From assembly GCA_031459875.1 (NCBI GenBank), contig JAVKHQ010000004.1, positions 32,001 through 96,000 of the forward strand: a stretch of DNA of 64,000 nucleotides. The letters are read 5' to 3'. A program made the translations under genes and the position numbers. This document shows positions 46,045 to 54,659 of this stretch, in pieces (the first letter of the stretch is position 1; every line of letters starts with the position of its first letter). The notes beneath the pieces were generated by a model. It did not search any database. It saw nothing but the letters and a program-made list of their open reading frames with translations, and was not told the origin of the DNA. This DNA comes from Candidatus Fervidifonticultor sextus (GTDB lineage: Bacteria > Sysuimicrobiota > Sysuimicrobiia > Sysuimicrobiales > Humicultoraceae).

Positions 46045-47185
46045 TGCCCGCGATCCCCACGACCGCACGACCCGACATCCGGCGGACGAGCCGCCGCAGG
46101 GCGCCGGCATAGGTCTGGTCGCCGCGCACGATGCGGCAGGCCAGCCCCCAGGCGCGCGGGGTCTGGCGGATGAGGCCCACGACGATCCACGGCGCCAGGT
46201 GCATGACCGCGTGGACCCGGCCGGCGATGCGCAGGTCGGGCAGGAGGCTCTTGGCGATCTCGGCCTCATATCCGTTCAGGTCCGACACCTGGCCGCTCAG
46301 ATACGCCGCCAGGTGGGTGGCGGCGGCGCGGCCGCTCCAGATCGCCGGGTAGATGCCGTCGCCGGTGAGGGGTTCCAGCAGACCGGCCGCATCTCCAACC
46401 AGCACGACGGGCCCGTCACGAAGCGGTGCCTCCGGCGCCCGGATCGGCAGGTGATATCCCCGCAAGCCCCGCAGGCCGGCGGGATCGAAGCCACAGAAGC
46501 GAACCAGTTGCTCCAGGCGGCCGCGCAGCCCTGCCGCGTCCGGCCGCCAGCCGCCGACCCCAATATTGAGGTGGTCGCCCTTCGGGAAGATCCATCCATA
46601 GCCGCCCGGCGGGGCACCGACGTCCAGCCCGAAGAGGTCCTCCCACTCGCGCGGGATGCCCCCGCGTGGCGTGAGGGTCGCCTCCAGGGCCACCGCCAGG
46701 CGTCGCTTCACCACCACGCCGGCCATACGGGCGGTCTGCCCGTTGACCCCGTCGGCCACCACCAGCGTGCGGCCCTCGAAGGCCTCGCTCCCGGCCCGGA
46801 CCACGAGGTGCGTCCCCTGCCGCTCGACCGTCCGGACCGGCGCGCGCTCGCGCAGCGTCACGCCCGCGCACAGGGCCTCCTCGACCAGGAAGCCATCCAG
46901 GCGGCTCCGCTGCGTGAGGTACGCGATCGGCTCGGGAGATCGGAGGTCGACCCACGGCGACCCACGCACGCTGACCCGTGCGCCGTAGATCACGCGCTCC
47001 ACGACCGGTGTCAGCGCGAACGGGAGGTGGCGAGCCGCCCGCAGGGTGACCCCGCCGCCGCACGGCTTGTCGCGCGGGAAGGCGGCGCGGTCCAGCAGGA
47101 TGACCGACAGGCCGTGCAGGGCGCACTCGCGGGCTGCCGTGGCCCCCGCCGGACCGGCGCCGGCGACAACGACGTCATAGCGCAC
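45986..47185 (-). CDS. Geranylgeranyl reductase family FAD-dependent oxidoreductase
   Basis: YDVVVAGAGPAG, FPRDKPCGGG, R..LD..L, ADG.N, GYGWIFPKG, LVGDAAGL.EP.TG.GI. Confidence 0.9.
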   Translation of the reverse strand: MRYDVVVAGAGPAGATAARECALHGLSVILLDRAAFPRDKPCGGGVTLRAARHLPFALTPVVERVIYGARVSVRGSPWVDLRSPEPIAYLTQRSRLDGFLVEEALCAGVTLRERAPVRTVERQGTHLVVRAGSEAFEGRTLVVADGVNGQTARMAGVVVKRRLAVALEATLTPRGGIPREWEDLFGLDVGAPPGGYGWIFPKGDHLNIGVGGWRPDAAGLRGRLEQLVRFCGFDPAGLRGLRGYHLPIRAPEAPLRDGPVVLVGDAAGLLEPLTGDGIYPAIWSGRAAATHLAAYLSGQVSDLNGYEAEIAKSLLPDLRIAGRVHAVMHLAPWIVVGLIRQTPRAWGLACRIVRGDQTYAGALRRLVRRMSGRAVVGIAGIRRRGASGPARPPGARSRG

Positions 47186-47390
47186 GCGGGGTCTCTTCGC
47201 GGCCTACGGCCCCTCTTCCCGTGAAGCGTGGGGGAGTGCTCAAGGTCGTCCCACCGATGCCTGGTCTGCATTGCTGCGCGCCGCCAGGGGGACTGCGTTG
47301 CCGGTCCGGCAGCACCTGGGCACACCACCACAGTCCGCGGGAGGGTCGGGGAATTTCAGCGGGTCCCGACGAAAGATGTCTGGGAAAGCA

Positions 47391-47466
47391 TGGTGCCGGG
47401 GGACGGAATCGAACCGCCGACGCGCGGCTCTTCAGGCCGCCGCTCTACCAACTGAGCTACCCCGGC
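47391..47466 (-). tRNA. tRNA-Phe (GAA)
   Basis: GCCGGGGTAGCTCAGTTGGTAGAGC-GGCGGCCTGAAGAGCCGC-GCGTCGGCGGTTCGATTCCGTCCCCCGGCACCA: 76 nt, anticodon GAA, encoded CCA. Confidence 0.97.
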
Positions 47467-47478
47467 GAGGCAATACGG

Positions 47479-47508
47479 AGTGTACCAACCCCCTCGAGCA
47501 GGCGTCAA
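47479..47508 (-). promoter_or_regulatory. Promoter of tRNA-Phe: TTGACG-N18-TACACT
   Basis: Minus-strand hexamers at 47508-47503 and 47484-47479, 12 nt upstream of the tRNA. Confidence 0.6.
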
Positions 47509-47584
47509 CACGTCACGCGGGGTCACGGGGCCCCTGGCGGCGGGAGGGGCCCACCCGGAGTTCCCTCCAGAGGGGAGGTTCGTG

Positions 47585-48637
47585 ATGCGCGTCACCATCG
47601 TCGGCGCCGGCGCCATCGGCGGCACGCTGGGCGCCTACCTGGCCCGGGCCGGCCACGAGATCACCTTCGTGGACGCCGCCGCCGACCACGTGGCCGCCAT
47701 CAACGCCCGCGGCCTGACCATCGAGGCCCGGGAGGAGACGTTTGCCGTCCGGGCGCCGGCGCTGCGGCCGGACGAGGTCACCGGCCCGATGGGCACCGTC
47801 TTCCTGGCGGTCAAGACCATGCACACCGACGCGGCGGCCCGCCAGATCGCGCCCCACCTGGCCGGCGATGGCATGGTCGTGTCGATGCAGAACGGGTTCA
47901 ACGAGGAGCGGATCGCCGCAGTCGTCGGGCGTGAGCGGACCATCGGCGCGTTCGTCAACTTCGGAGCCGACTACCTGGAGCCGGGACGCATCCTGTACGG
48001 CGGTGCGGGCGCCCTCTACATCGGTGAACTCGACGGCACCGTGACCGAGCGCGTGCGCGCCCTGGCCGACACCCTGCGCCTCGCCTTCCTGCCCACCACC
48101 CGGGCGACGTCCAACATCTGGGGCTACCTCTGGGGCAAGCACGCCTACGGCGCCATGCTGACCGCCACGGCGCTGGTGGATGCGCCGATCGCGGAGGTCC
48201 TGGCCGATCCGACGGCCCGCCCGGTCATCGCCAATCTGGCGGCGGAAGTGCTGGCGGTGGCGGCCGCCGAGGGCGTGCGGCCGGAGGGCTTCGACGGCTT
48301 CGAGCCGCAGGCCTTCGTGTTCCCTCCGCACCGCGACGCGGCCCGTATGGAGGCCAGCCTGGATGCCCTGGTGGCCTTCAACCGGAAGTCGCTCAAGGCC
48401 AAGAGCGGGATCTGGCGCGACCTGGCGGTGCGCAGGCGCAAGACGGAAGTCGAGTCTGTGGTGACCGAACTCCAGGCGCGGGCCGCCCGCCACGGCGTTC
48501 CGATCCCGTTGGTCGAGAACGTGGGCCGCATGATCCTGGAGATCGAGGCGGGCCGCCGTCAGATGTCCTGGGACAACGTCTGGGCCCTGGCCGACCTCAA
48601 CGTCCGCACGTACGGCGCGGGGACGCGGCATGGCTGA
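47585..48637 (+). CDS. Ketopantoate reductase family oxidoreductase
   Basis: VTIVGAGAIGG, FLAVK, VSMQNG, IGELDG, NIWGYLWGK, SGIWRDL.VR.RKTEV. Confidence 0.88.
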   Translation: MRVTIVGAGAIGGTLGAYLARAGHEITFVDAAADHVAAINARGLTIEAREETFAVRAPALRPDEVTGPMGTVFLAVKTMHTDAAARQIAPHLAGDGMVVSMQNGFNEERIAAVVGRERTIGAFVNFGADYLEPGRILYGGAGALYIGELDGTVTERVRALADTLRLAFLPTTRATSNIWGYLWGKHAYGAMLTATALVDAPIAEVLADPTARPVIANLAAEVLAVAAAEGVRPEGFDGFEPQAFVFPPHRDAARMEASLDALVAFNRKSLKAKSGIWRDLAVRRRKTEVESVVTELQARAARHGVPIPLVENVGRMILEIEAGRRQMSWDNVWALADLNVRTYGAGTRHG

Positions 48638-50004
48638 CGCGCCATACGGTCAGGTCAGCGCCCGGCGGCTCATGGCCGACGACGCCGTCAGGTCCGGTCG
48701 GCGCGGCGAAGGAATGGGTGATGCAGGGAAAGGCCGGCGGTCGGTCACCGCTCCGCGCGGCGACCAGCGAGGCCGCCCCCGGAAGACTGATGAAGGCGTC
48801 GTGGAGGATGAGGCGCGTGCTGCGATCGTCTCTGCGGTACGGGGCAGTCCGGCGCCCGACGACCTCTCCCGCCTCCCCCGGCTGCCCGTGGTAACGGTGG
48901 CCAGGGCCGAGGGCGACCGCCTGCGCGAGATGGCGCGCGCCGGCGGGCTTCGGCTGCGCATCACCGCGCAGGTCGACACCCGCTGGCGCAAGACACCGCT
49001 GCTGACCGGCGATCTCCCCGGCGCCGTGGAGGACACCTTCGTGCTCGTCTCGGGCCACCTGGACGCCTGGCACCGCGGCGCGATGGACAACGGTACGGCC
49101 AACGCCACGATGCTGGAGGTCGCGCGCCTGATGGCGCGGGTGCGTCGCTACCGGGGCATCCGGTTCGCCTTCTGGTCCGGCCACTCGCACGGCCGGTACT
49201 CGGGCTCCGCCTGGTACGCGGACCACTTCTGGCATGACCTCCACACCCGGTGCGCCGTCCACATCAACGTGGACTCGACGGGCGGCCGGGGCTCGGTCAT
49301 CAACCGGCATGGCTGCGCCATGCCCGAGACGCGCAGGGTGGCCGACCGAGCAGCCGCCTGACTCGCCTGACGCGAGTCTGGACTTCAGCCTTCGCACCGG
49401 CGGGGCGACCGGGGGGCTCGGGTGGTGGTGGCACACGCCCGAGGACCTGCCGGACAAGATCGATCCCGACGTCCTGGTGCGCGACTGCCGGATCTACCTG
49501 GGGATCGTGCACGCGTTCGCGACGGAGGCGATCCTCCCGCTCGACTACGGCGCCACCGCGCGCCGGTGGCAGGCCGCGCTGCGCGCGCTGCCCCGGGAGG
49601 TTGGCCGGCACGCGGACCTCAGGCCGGTGGTGGCGGAGGCCCAACGGCTGGTGGACGCCACCGGGACGCTGGAGCGGACCATCCGGCGGGTCCGGGCCGA
49701 CCCGTCGCGGCGCGCCGTGCGGGCGGCCAACGCCGCGCTGCTCGCCATGGGGCGGGCGCTGATCCCCATCGGGCACACGCAGGCCGGCCCGTTCCACCCC
49801 GACCCGGCGCTGGAGCTGCCCGAGATGCCGGTGCTGGCCGCCGCCCGGGCGCTGGGCGGCGCCGCAGGCGACGAGGCCAGGCACCTGGCGGTGCGGGCCG
49901 TCCGGGACCTCAACGCGGTGCGGGGCGCCCTCGCGCAGGCTGCAGACGCCGCGGAAGACGGCGCCCGGACGGTGCGTGGCGCCCTCAGCCGGTCACGCCG
50001 ATAG
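48630..50004 (+). pseudogene. M28 family peptidase, disrupted by an internal inversion, deletions and a frameshift
   Basis: SGHLDAWH.GAMDNGTANA, FWSGHSHGRYSGS and HINVDS lie in 48630-49361; GWWWHTPED..DKID lies in a different frame up to 50004; the family segment HDAFISLPG...PCITHSF reads on the minus strand at about 48675-48827. Confidence 0.82.
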
Positions 50005-50938
50005 CGAAGAGCGGATCCCCCGGGTTGGTCGCCGGGGTCGTCACCACGAACAGGACCACGCCCGAGGCCGGGCTGGTGAGGCGTGCGAGGGTCTGCCCGT
50101 ACCAGTCGCGGATCTCGCCGGCGGGCTCCCCCGACGCAACCTCCGCCCCGACCCGGAGGCGCGGGTAGAACAGCCCGGCGTACTCCGAGCGCACCCACAC
50201 GAAGGAGGACACCGCCACCGGGGCTTCGACGGCGTGGGGCTGCGCTGGGATCATCCCCAGCAGGCCCAGCACGTTGCGGATCCCGCGCAGGTGCAGGCCG
50301 ACCATGACCTCGTCCAGGACCCCCTGGCCGCCGGCCTCCGGCAGGATGGAGGGGATGCCGGCGGCGGCGGCGGCCGCGAACGCGGCGCCGGGGATCGATC
50401 CCGCGACGACGTAGCGCAGCCCGAAGGCCTCAGCCATCGCCCGCGAGCGCGCCACCACCCGGGGGGCTGCCTCCCGGGAGTAGATCACGAAGGGCACCAG
50501 GGCCTCGTTGAGGTCGCCCCCGTGCAGGTCGACGTGGGCGTCGGCGCGCGAGATGGCCTCGGTGAAGAGCGCGTGCGCGATGCGTTCCGATGCGCTGCCG
50601 TCCGTGCTGCCCGGGAAGACCCGGTTGAGGTTCTTGCCGTCCAGCGGGCAGACGTAGATCGATCGGGCGGCAAAGGCCGGGGGGTTGGCCACCGGGACGA
50701 CGACCACGGTCCCCCGCAGGGTGCGCGGATCGAGACCATTCGCCGTGCGGATGGCCGCTTCGATCCCGACGTACTCAGCGCCGTGCACCCCGGCCGTGAT
50801 GCAGACGGTCGGGCCCGGTCCGCCGCCGCGCACCACGACCACCGGAAGGGCCGTCTCCAGCCCGGGCACCGGGATCCCGCCAGCGACCCGCTGACCGGGC
50901 CGCGCCAGTACCGTCCCTACGGCAAGACCTTCGTCCAC
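49985..50938 (-). CDS. Succinylglutamate desuccinylase / aspartoacylase family (M14) protein
   Basis: TAGVHGAEY, P.DGKNLNRVFPG, VDLHGGD, EAGG, C-terminal biotinyl-like hairpin. Confidence 0.92.
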   Translation of the reverse strand: MDEGLAVGTVLARPGQRVAGGIPVPGLETALPVVVVRGGGPGPTVCITAGVHGAEYVGIEAAIRTANGLDPRTLRGTVVVVPVANPPAFAARSIYVCPLDGKNLNRVFPGSTDGSASERIAHALFTEAISRADAHVDLHGGDLNEALVPFVIYSREAAPRVVARSRAMAEAFGLRYVVAGSIPGAAFAAAAAAGIPSILPEAGGQGVLDEVMVGLHLRGIRNVLGLLGMIPAQPHAVEAPVAVSSFVWVRSEYAGLFYPRLRVGAEVASGEPAGEIRDWYGQTLARLTSPASGVVLFVVTTPATNPGDPLFAIGVTG

Positions 50939-50981
50939 GGGACCATCGAGCCCCCGTTCAGGGCAGGCGGCTCACCAGCGC

Positions 50982-51878
50982 CTACACCGTCATCTTCGGA
51001 TCCAGGGCGTCCCGCAGCCCGTCGCCCAAGAGGTTGAACCCCAGGACGGCCAGCGCGATGGCCAGCCCGGGGAACGTGGCGATGTGCGGGGCGATGGTCA
51101 GGAAGTCCCGCCCCGTGCTGACCATCAGCCCCCACGACGGCGTGGGCGGCTGGACGCCGAGCCCCAGGAACGAGAGGGCCGCCTCCAGCAGGATGGCGCT
51201 GGCCATGTAGAGGGCCGAGTAGACCACCAGGACCGAGATGCAGTTGGGCAGGATGTGGCGGACGACGATGCGGGCCGCACCCGCGCCGATCGCCCGCGCC
51301 GCCAGCACGTACTCCTGCTCCTTGATGGCCAGCACCGACCCGCGGACCACCCGGGCGAACCCCGGCGTGGCCCAGATCCCCACGGCCAGGATGGTGTTCT
51401 GGAGCCCCGGCCCCAGCGCGCTCACGATGGCGATGGCCAGCAGCAGGTAGGGGAAGGCCAGCAGGACATCGAGCCCCCGCATGATCACCTCGTCTGCGAC
51501 CCCGCCGACGAACCCCGCCGTCGTGCCCAGGACCGTCCCGAGCAGCAGCGCGATCAGGACCGACACCAGCCCGACGGCCAGGGCCACCCGGCTGCCGTAG
51601 ATCAGCCGGCTGGCGATGTCGCGTCCGAACTCGTCGGCACCCAACCAGTACCTGGCGCCGGGCGGCATCCGCTTGTCCTCCAGCACCTGGCGGGCCGGGT
51701 CGGCCGGCGCGAGATGAGGGGCGAAGACCGCCGCAAGCACCAGCAGGGCGACGACCACAAGGCCGATCAGGGCCAGGCGGTTGCGCCGGAACCGCTTCCA
51801 CATGGCGGCCCCGGCGGAGCGGTAGACCTCCGGCCGACGGGGGACATCCTTCTCGAACGACTGGACCCGATCGGCCAT
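50982..51878 (-). CDS. Peptide/nickel ABC transporter permease (DppC-like)
   Basis: WLGADEFGRD, LAFPYLLLAI, EYVLAARAIGA, SFLGLGVQPPTPSWG, GDGLRDALDP. Confidence 0.93.
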   Translation of the reverse strand: MADRVQSFEKDVPRRPEVYRSAGAAMWKRFRRNRLALIGLVVVALLVLAAVFAPHLAPADPARQVLEDKRMPPGARYWLGADEFGRDIASRLIYGSRVALAVGLVSVLIALLLGTVLGTTAGFVGGVADEVIMRGLDVLLAFPYLLLAIAIVSALGPGLQNTILAVGIWATPGFARVVRGSVLAIKEQEYVLAARAIGAGAARIVVRHILPNCISVLVVYSALYMASAILLEAALSFLGLGVQPPTPSWGLMVSTGRDFLTIAPHIATFPGLAIALAVLGFNLLGDGLRDALDPKMTV

Positions 51879-51892
51879 CCTCGTCCGCCCGC

Positions 51893-52813
51893 TCAGCGAT
51901 AGGTGATGCGCGGGTCCAGCATGGCGTACGAGAGGTCCACCAGCAGGTTGATCACCACGAAGGTGACGGCCAGAATCAGCACCCCGCCCTGCAGCAGCAC
52001 GTAGTCGCGCGCGAAGATGGCCCGCACCAGCATGCGGCCGATCCCCGGCCAGGCGAACACCGTCTCCGTGAGGACGGCGCCGCCCAGCAGCTGTCCCGTC
52101 TGCAACCCCAGCACGGTCACCACGGGGATCAGCGCGTTGCGCAACGCGTGGGTGGTCAGCACGCCGCGGACGCCCACGCCCTTGGCCCGCGCCGTCCGGA
52201 TGTAGTCCTCGCGCAGGACCTCCAGCATCGTCGAGCGCGTCATGCGGGCCAGCATGGCAATCGTCGGGGTCGCCAGGGTGACGGACGGGAGCACCAGGTG
52301 GGCCCAACCTCCCCGACCGCCGGCAGGGAACCATCCCAGGTGCAGGCTGAACACCACGATGAGCACGATCCCGGTCCAGAAGATGGGCATGGAGAGGCCG
52401 AACAGCGAGAGGACCCGCACCAGGTTGTCAAGCAGCGAGTGGGGCCAGCGGGCGGAGAGGATCCCCAGGGGGATGCCCGCCGCGATGGCGATCCCCAGCG
52501 CGGCTAGCCCGAGTTGCGCCGTGGCAGGCCAGACGTCGGCCACCTCCTCATTGACCCGACGCCCCTCCCGGATGGACCGGCCCAGGTCGCCCTGGAGCAG
52601 GCGGCCGAGGTAACGCGCGTAGCGGACCGGCAGCGGCTGGTCGAGGTCCAGCGAGGCGCGGAGCCTGGCGATCATCTCCGGCGTCGCACCCTCGCCGAGC
52701 ATCAGGGCGGCGGGATCGCCGGGGATCAGGTCGATGGTCACCATAATCAGCAGGATCACGCCCAGCAGGACGGGGACCATCACCAGGAGCCGACGGACGA
52801 GGTAGCGCGGCAT
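51893..52813 (-). CDS. Peptide/nickel ABC transporter permease (DppB-like)
   Basis: PGDPA, GDLGRS, SMPIFW, DYIRTARAKG, HALRNA, TETVFAWPG, DPRI. Confidence 0.93.
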   Translation of the reverse strand: MPRYLVRRLLVMVPVLLGVILLIMVTIDLIPGDPAALMLGEGATPEMIARLRASLDLDQPLPVRYARYLGRLLQGDLGRSIREGRRVNEEVADVWPATAQLGLAALGIAIAAGIPLGILSARWPHSLLDNLVRVLSLFGLSMPIFWTGIVLIVVFSLHLGWFPAGGRGGWAHLVLPSVTLATPTIAMLARMTRSTMLEVLREDYIRTARAKGVGVRGVLTTHALRNALIPVVTVLGLQTGQLLGGAVLTETVFAWPGIGRMLVRAIFARDYVLLQGGVLILAVTFVVINLLVDLSYAMLDPRITYR

Positions 52814-52861
52814 CGCCTACCGGGACGGGGCAGGGACGAATCGCTTCCGTGGCGTGGGAGT

Positions 52862-52890
52862 GGGACCGGGTCGTGCACCGACCCGGTCCC
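52862..52890 (-). other. Intercistronic perfect 12-bp stem-loop after the SBP gene
   Basis: GGGACCGGGTCG-TGCAC-CGACCCGGTCCC. Confidence 0.6.
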
Positions 52891-52920
52891 GCCTGATGCG
52901 GCGCCCTCCGAGGATGCCGG

Positions 52921-54510
52921 CTATTTCTGGAGCCACACGTAGTGGAAACCCTGATTGTACTCGATGGGGTGCGGCACGAAGCCCTTCACGTACGACCGCA
53001 TCACCGCAATCTCCTTGGTGGTGTAGAACGGGACGAACATGATGTCGCGCGCGATCATGTCCTGGGCGCGGCCGTAGAGCTCCTCGCGCTCGCGGGGGTT
53101 CATGCTGGTGCGCGCCTGGTCCACGAGTTTGTCGAACTCCGGATTGATGTACCGCCAGGTGTTCCAGCCGCGGGGCGGGGCCTGGTCCGAGCGGAACATG
53201 GGCAGCAGGCTGTAGTCCGCGTCGGCCGTCGTCGTCACCCATCCCAGGGTGAAGAGGTGGTAGTCCAGGGTGGCGGCACGGACCGTGGTGAAAACCGTCG
53301 CCCACTCCAGGAAGGAGATGTCCAGCCGCACGCCGATCTGGCGCAACTGGGCCTGGTAGGCCTCGGAGATCTCGGCGTCCTTGAAGTACCGGCCGCGGGC
53401 GCTGATCAGGGACACGACCAGCGGGATGCCGTCGCGCTGCATGACGCCGTCGGGCCCCGGGCGGAACCCGGCCTCCTGTAGCAGGGCCCGGGCGCGCTCC
53501 GGGTTGTAGGGGTACAGGGTGTCCAGCCCCATGGGCTTGTAGCCGAAGACGCCCGGGGCCAGGATGCCGTCGGCCGGCCCGGCGGCACCTTCCAGGATGT
53601 TGTCCAGGATGGCCTTGCGGTTGGCGGCCATCACCAGGGCCCGGCGGACGCGGACGTCCGTGAGCGGCGGTCGGGTGAGGTTCATGCCGATGAAAACGAC
53701 CCGCAGCCCGGTGGCCTGGGCCACCGTGAAGTTGGGGTCCCGCGCGAAGGCCGGGAGCTGTGCCGGCGCGGGCACCAGCACCATGTCCGCCTCACCGGTG
53801 CGCAGCGCGATCATCCGGGCCGATTCCTCGGGCACCACCCTGAAGACGATGCGGTCGAGATGGGCCTTCTGGCCCCAGTAGTCGTCGTGGCGCACCACCA
53901 CGATTCGGTCGTTGGTCCGCCACTCCTCGAACTTGAACGGCCCGGTCCCCACAGGCCGCCGGCTGAACTCGGCCCCGAGGCGCTGGACCGCCGTGGGGCT
54001 GACGATGCCGGCGTAGACCATGGCCGCGCTGTAGAGGAGCGGCGCATACGGCTCGGTGGTGACCAGGTCCACGGTGTAGTCGTCCACGACCTCCGCGCCC
54101 TTGATGGGGCCGGCCAGGCTCGCCCACCGGCCGGGCGAGCGGGGGTCGAAGGCCCGGTCGAAGGTGAACTTGACGGCAGCCGCGTTGAACGGCGTCCCGT
54201 CGTGGAACTTCACATCACGGCGCAGCGCAAACCGGATCCGCGTCGGCGAGAGCACGCGCCACCCGGTGGCCAGTTTCGGCTGGACCTTCATGTCGGGCCC
54301 CATGACCACCAGGGGTTCGAGGATCAACTGGTAGACCCACGCGCCGGGCGCGGTGGTCTCGAAATGCGGGTCCAGCGAGACGGCGTCCACCGGGCGGGCG
54401 ATGGTCAGGGTCCCTCCCCGGACCGGCCCCGCAGGAGCCGGATGAGCAGGTGGCCCGCTCAGGACGAGGATGAGGCCGACGGCGACGAGCGCCCAGCGTA
54501 CAGTCCGCAT
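52921..54510 (-). CDS. Peptide ABC transporter substrate-binding protein (family 5)
   Basis: Signal peptide, LRRDVKFHDGTPFNAAAVKF, PVGTGPF, DYWG, DVRVRRAL, YNPERARALL. Confidence 0.92.
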   Translation of the reverse strand: MRTVRWALVAVGLILVLSGPPAHPAPAGPVRGGTLTIARPVDAVSLDPHFETTAPGAWVYQLILEPLVVMGPDMKVQPKLATGWRVLSPTRIRFALRRDVKFHDGTPFNAAAVKFTFDRAFDPRSPGRWASLAGPIKGAEVVDDYTVDLVTTEPYAPLLYSAAMVYAGIVSPTAVQRLGAEFSRRPVGTGPFKFEEWRTNDRIVVVRHDDYWGQKAHLDRIVFRVVPEESARMIALRTGEADMVLVPAPAQLPAFARDPNFTVAQATGLRVVFIGMNLTRPPLTDVRVRRALVMAANRKAILDNILEGAAGPADGILAPGVFGYKPMGLDTLYPYNPERARALLQEAGFRPGPDGVMQRDGIPLVVSLISARGRYFKDAEISEAYQAQLRQIGVRLDISFLEWATVFTTVRAATLDYHLFTLGWVTTTADADYSLLPMFRSDQAPPRGWNTWRYINPEFDKLVDQARTSMNPREREELYGRAQDMIARDIMFVPFYTTKEIAVMRSYVKGFVPHPIEYNQGFHYVWLQK

Positions 54511-54659
54511 CACGACTTCCCCCCTTGTGCTCGACGGATGCCGCAGACCGGCAATCACTCACGCAAGGTTCGCCGTGCTCCGGCCGTTCCCTCCGCCAGG
54601 GGCCGATCCCGCCGGTCACGAAGAGAGAGGGTGCACCCATGCTTCCGTGGGAGGTCCCT

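Noticed and set aside
47186..47390. Genomic island or att site at tRNA-Phe
   Set aside because: No integrase and no repeat of the tRNA 3' end seen in the window.
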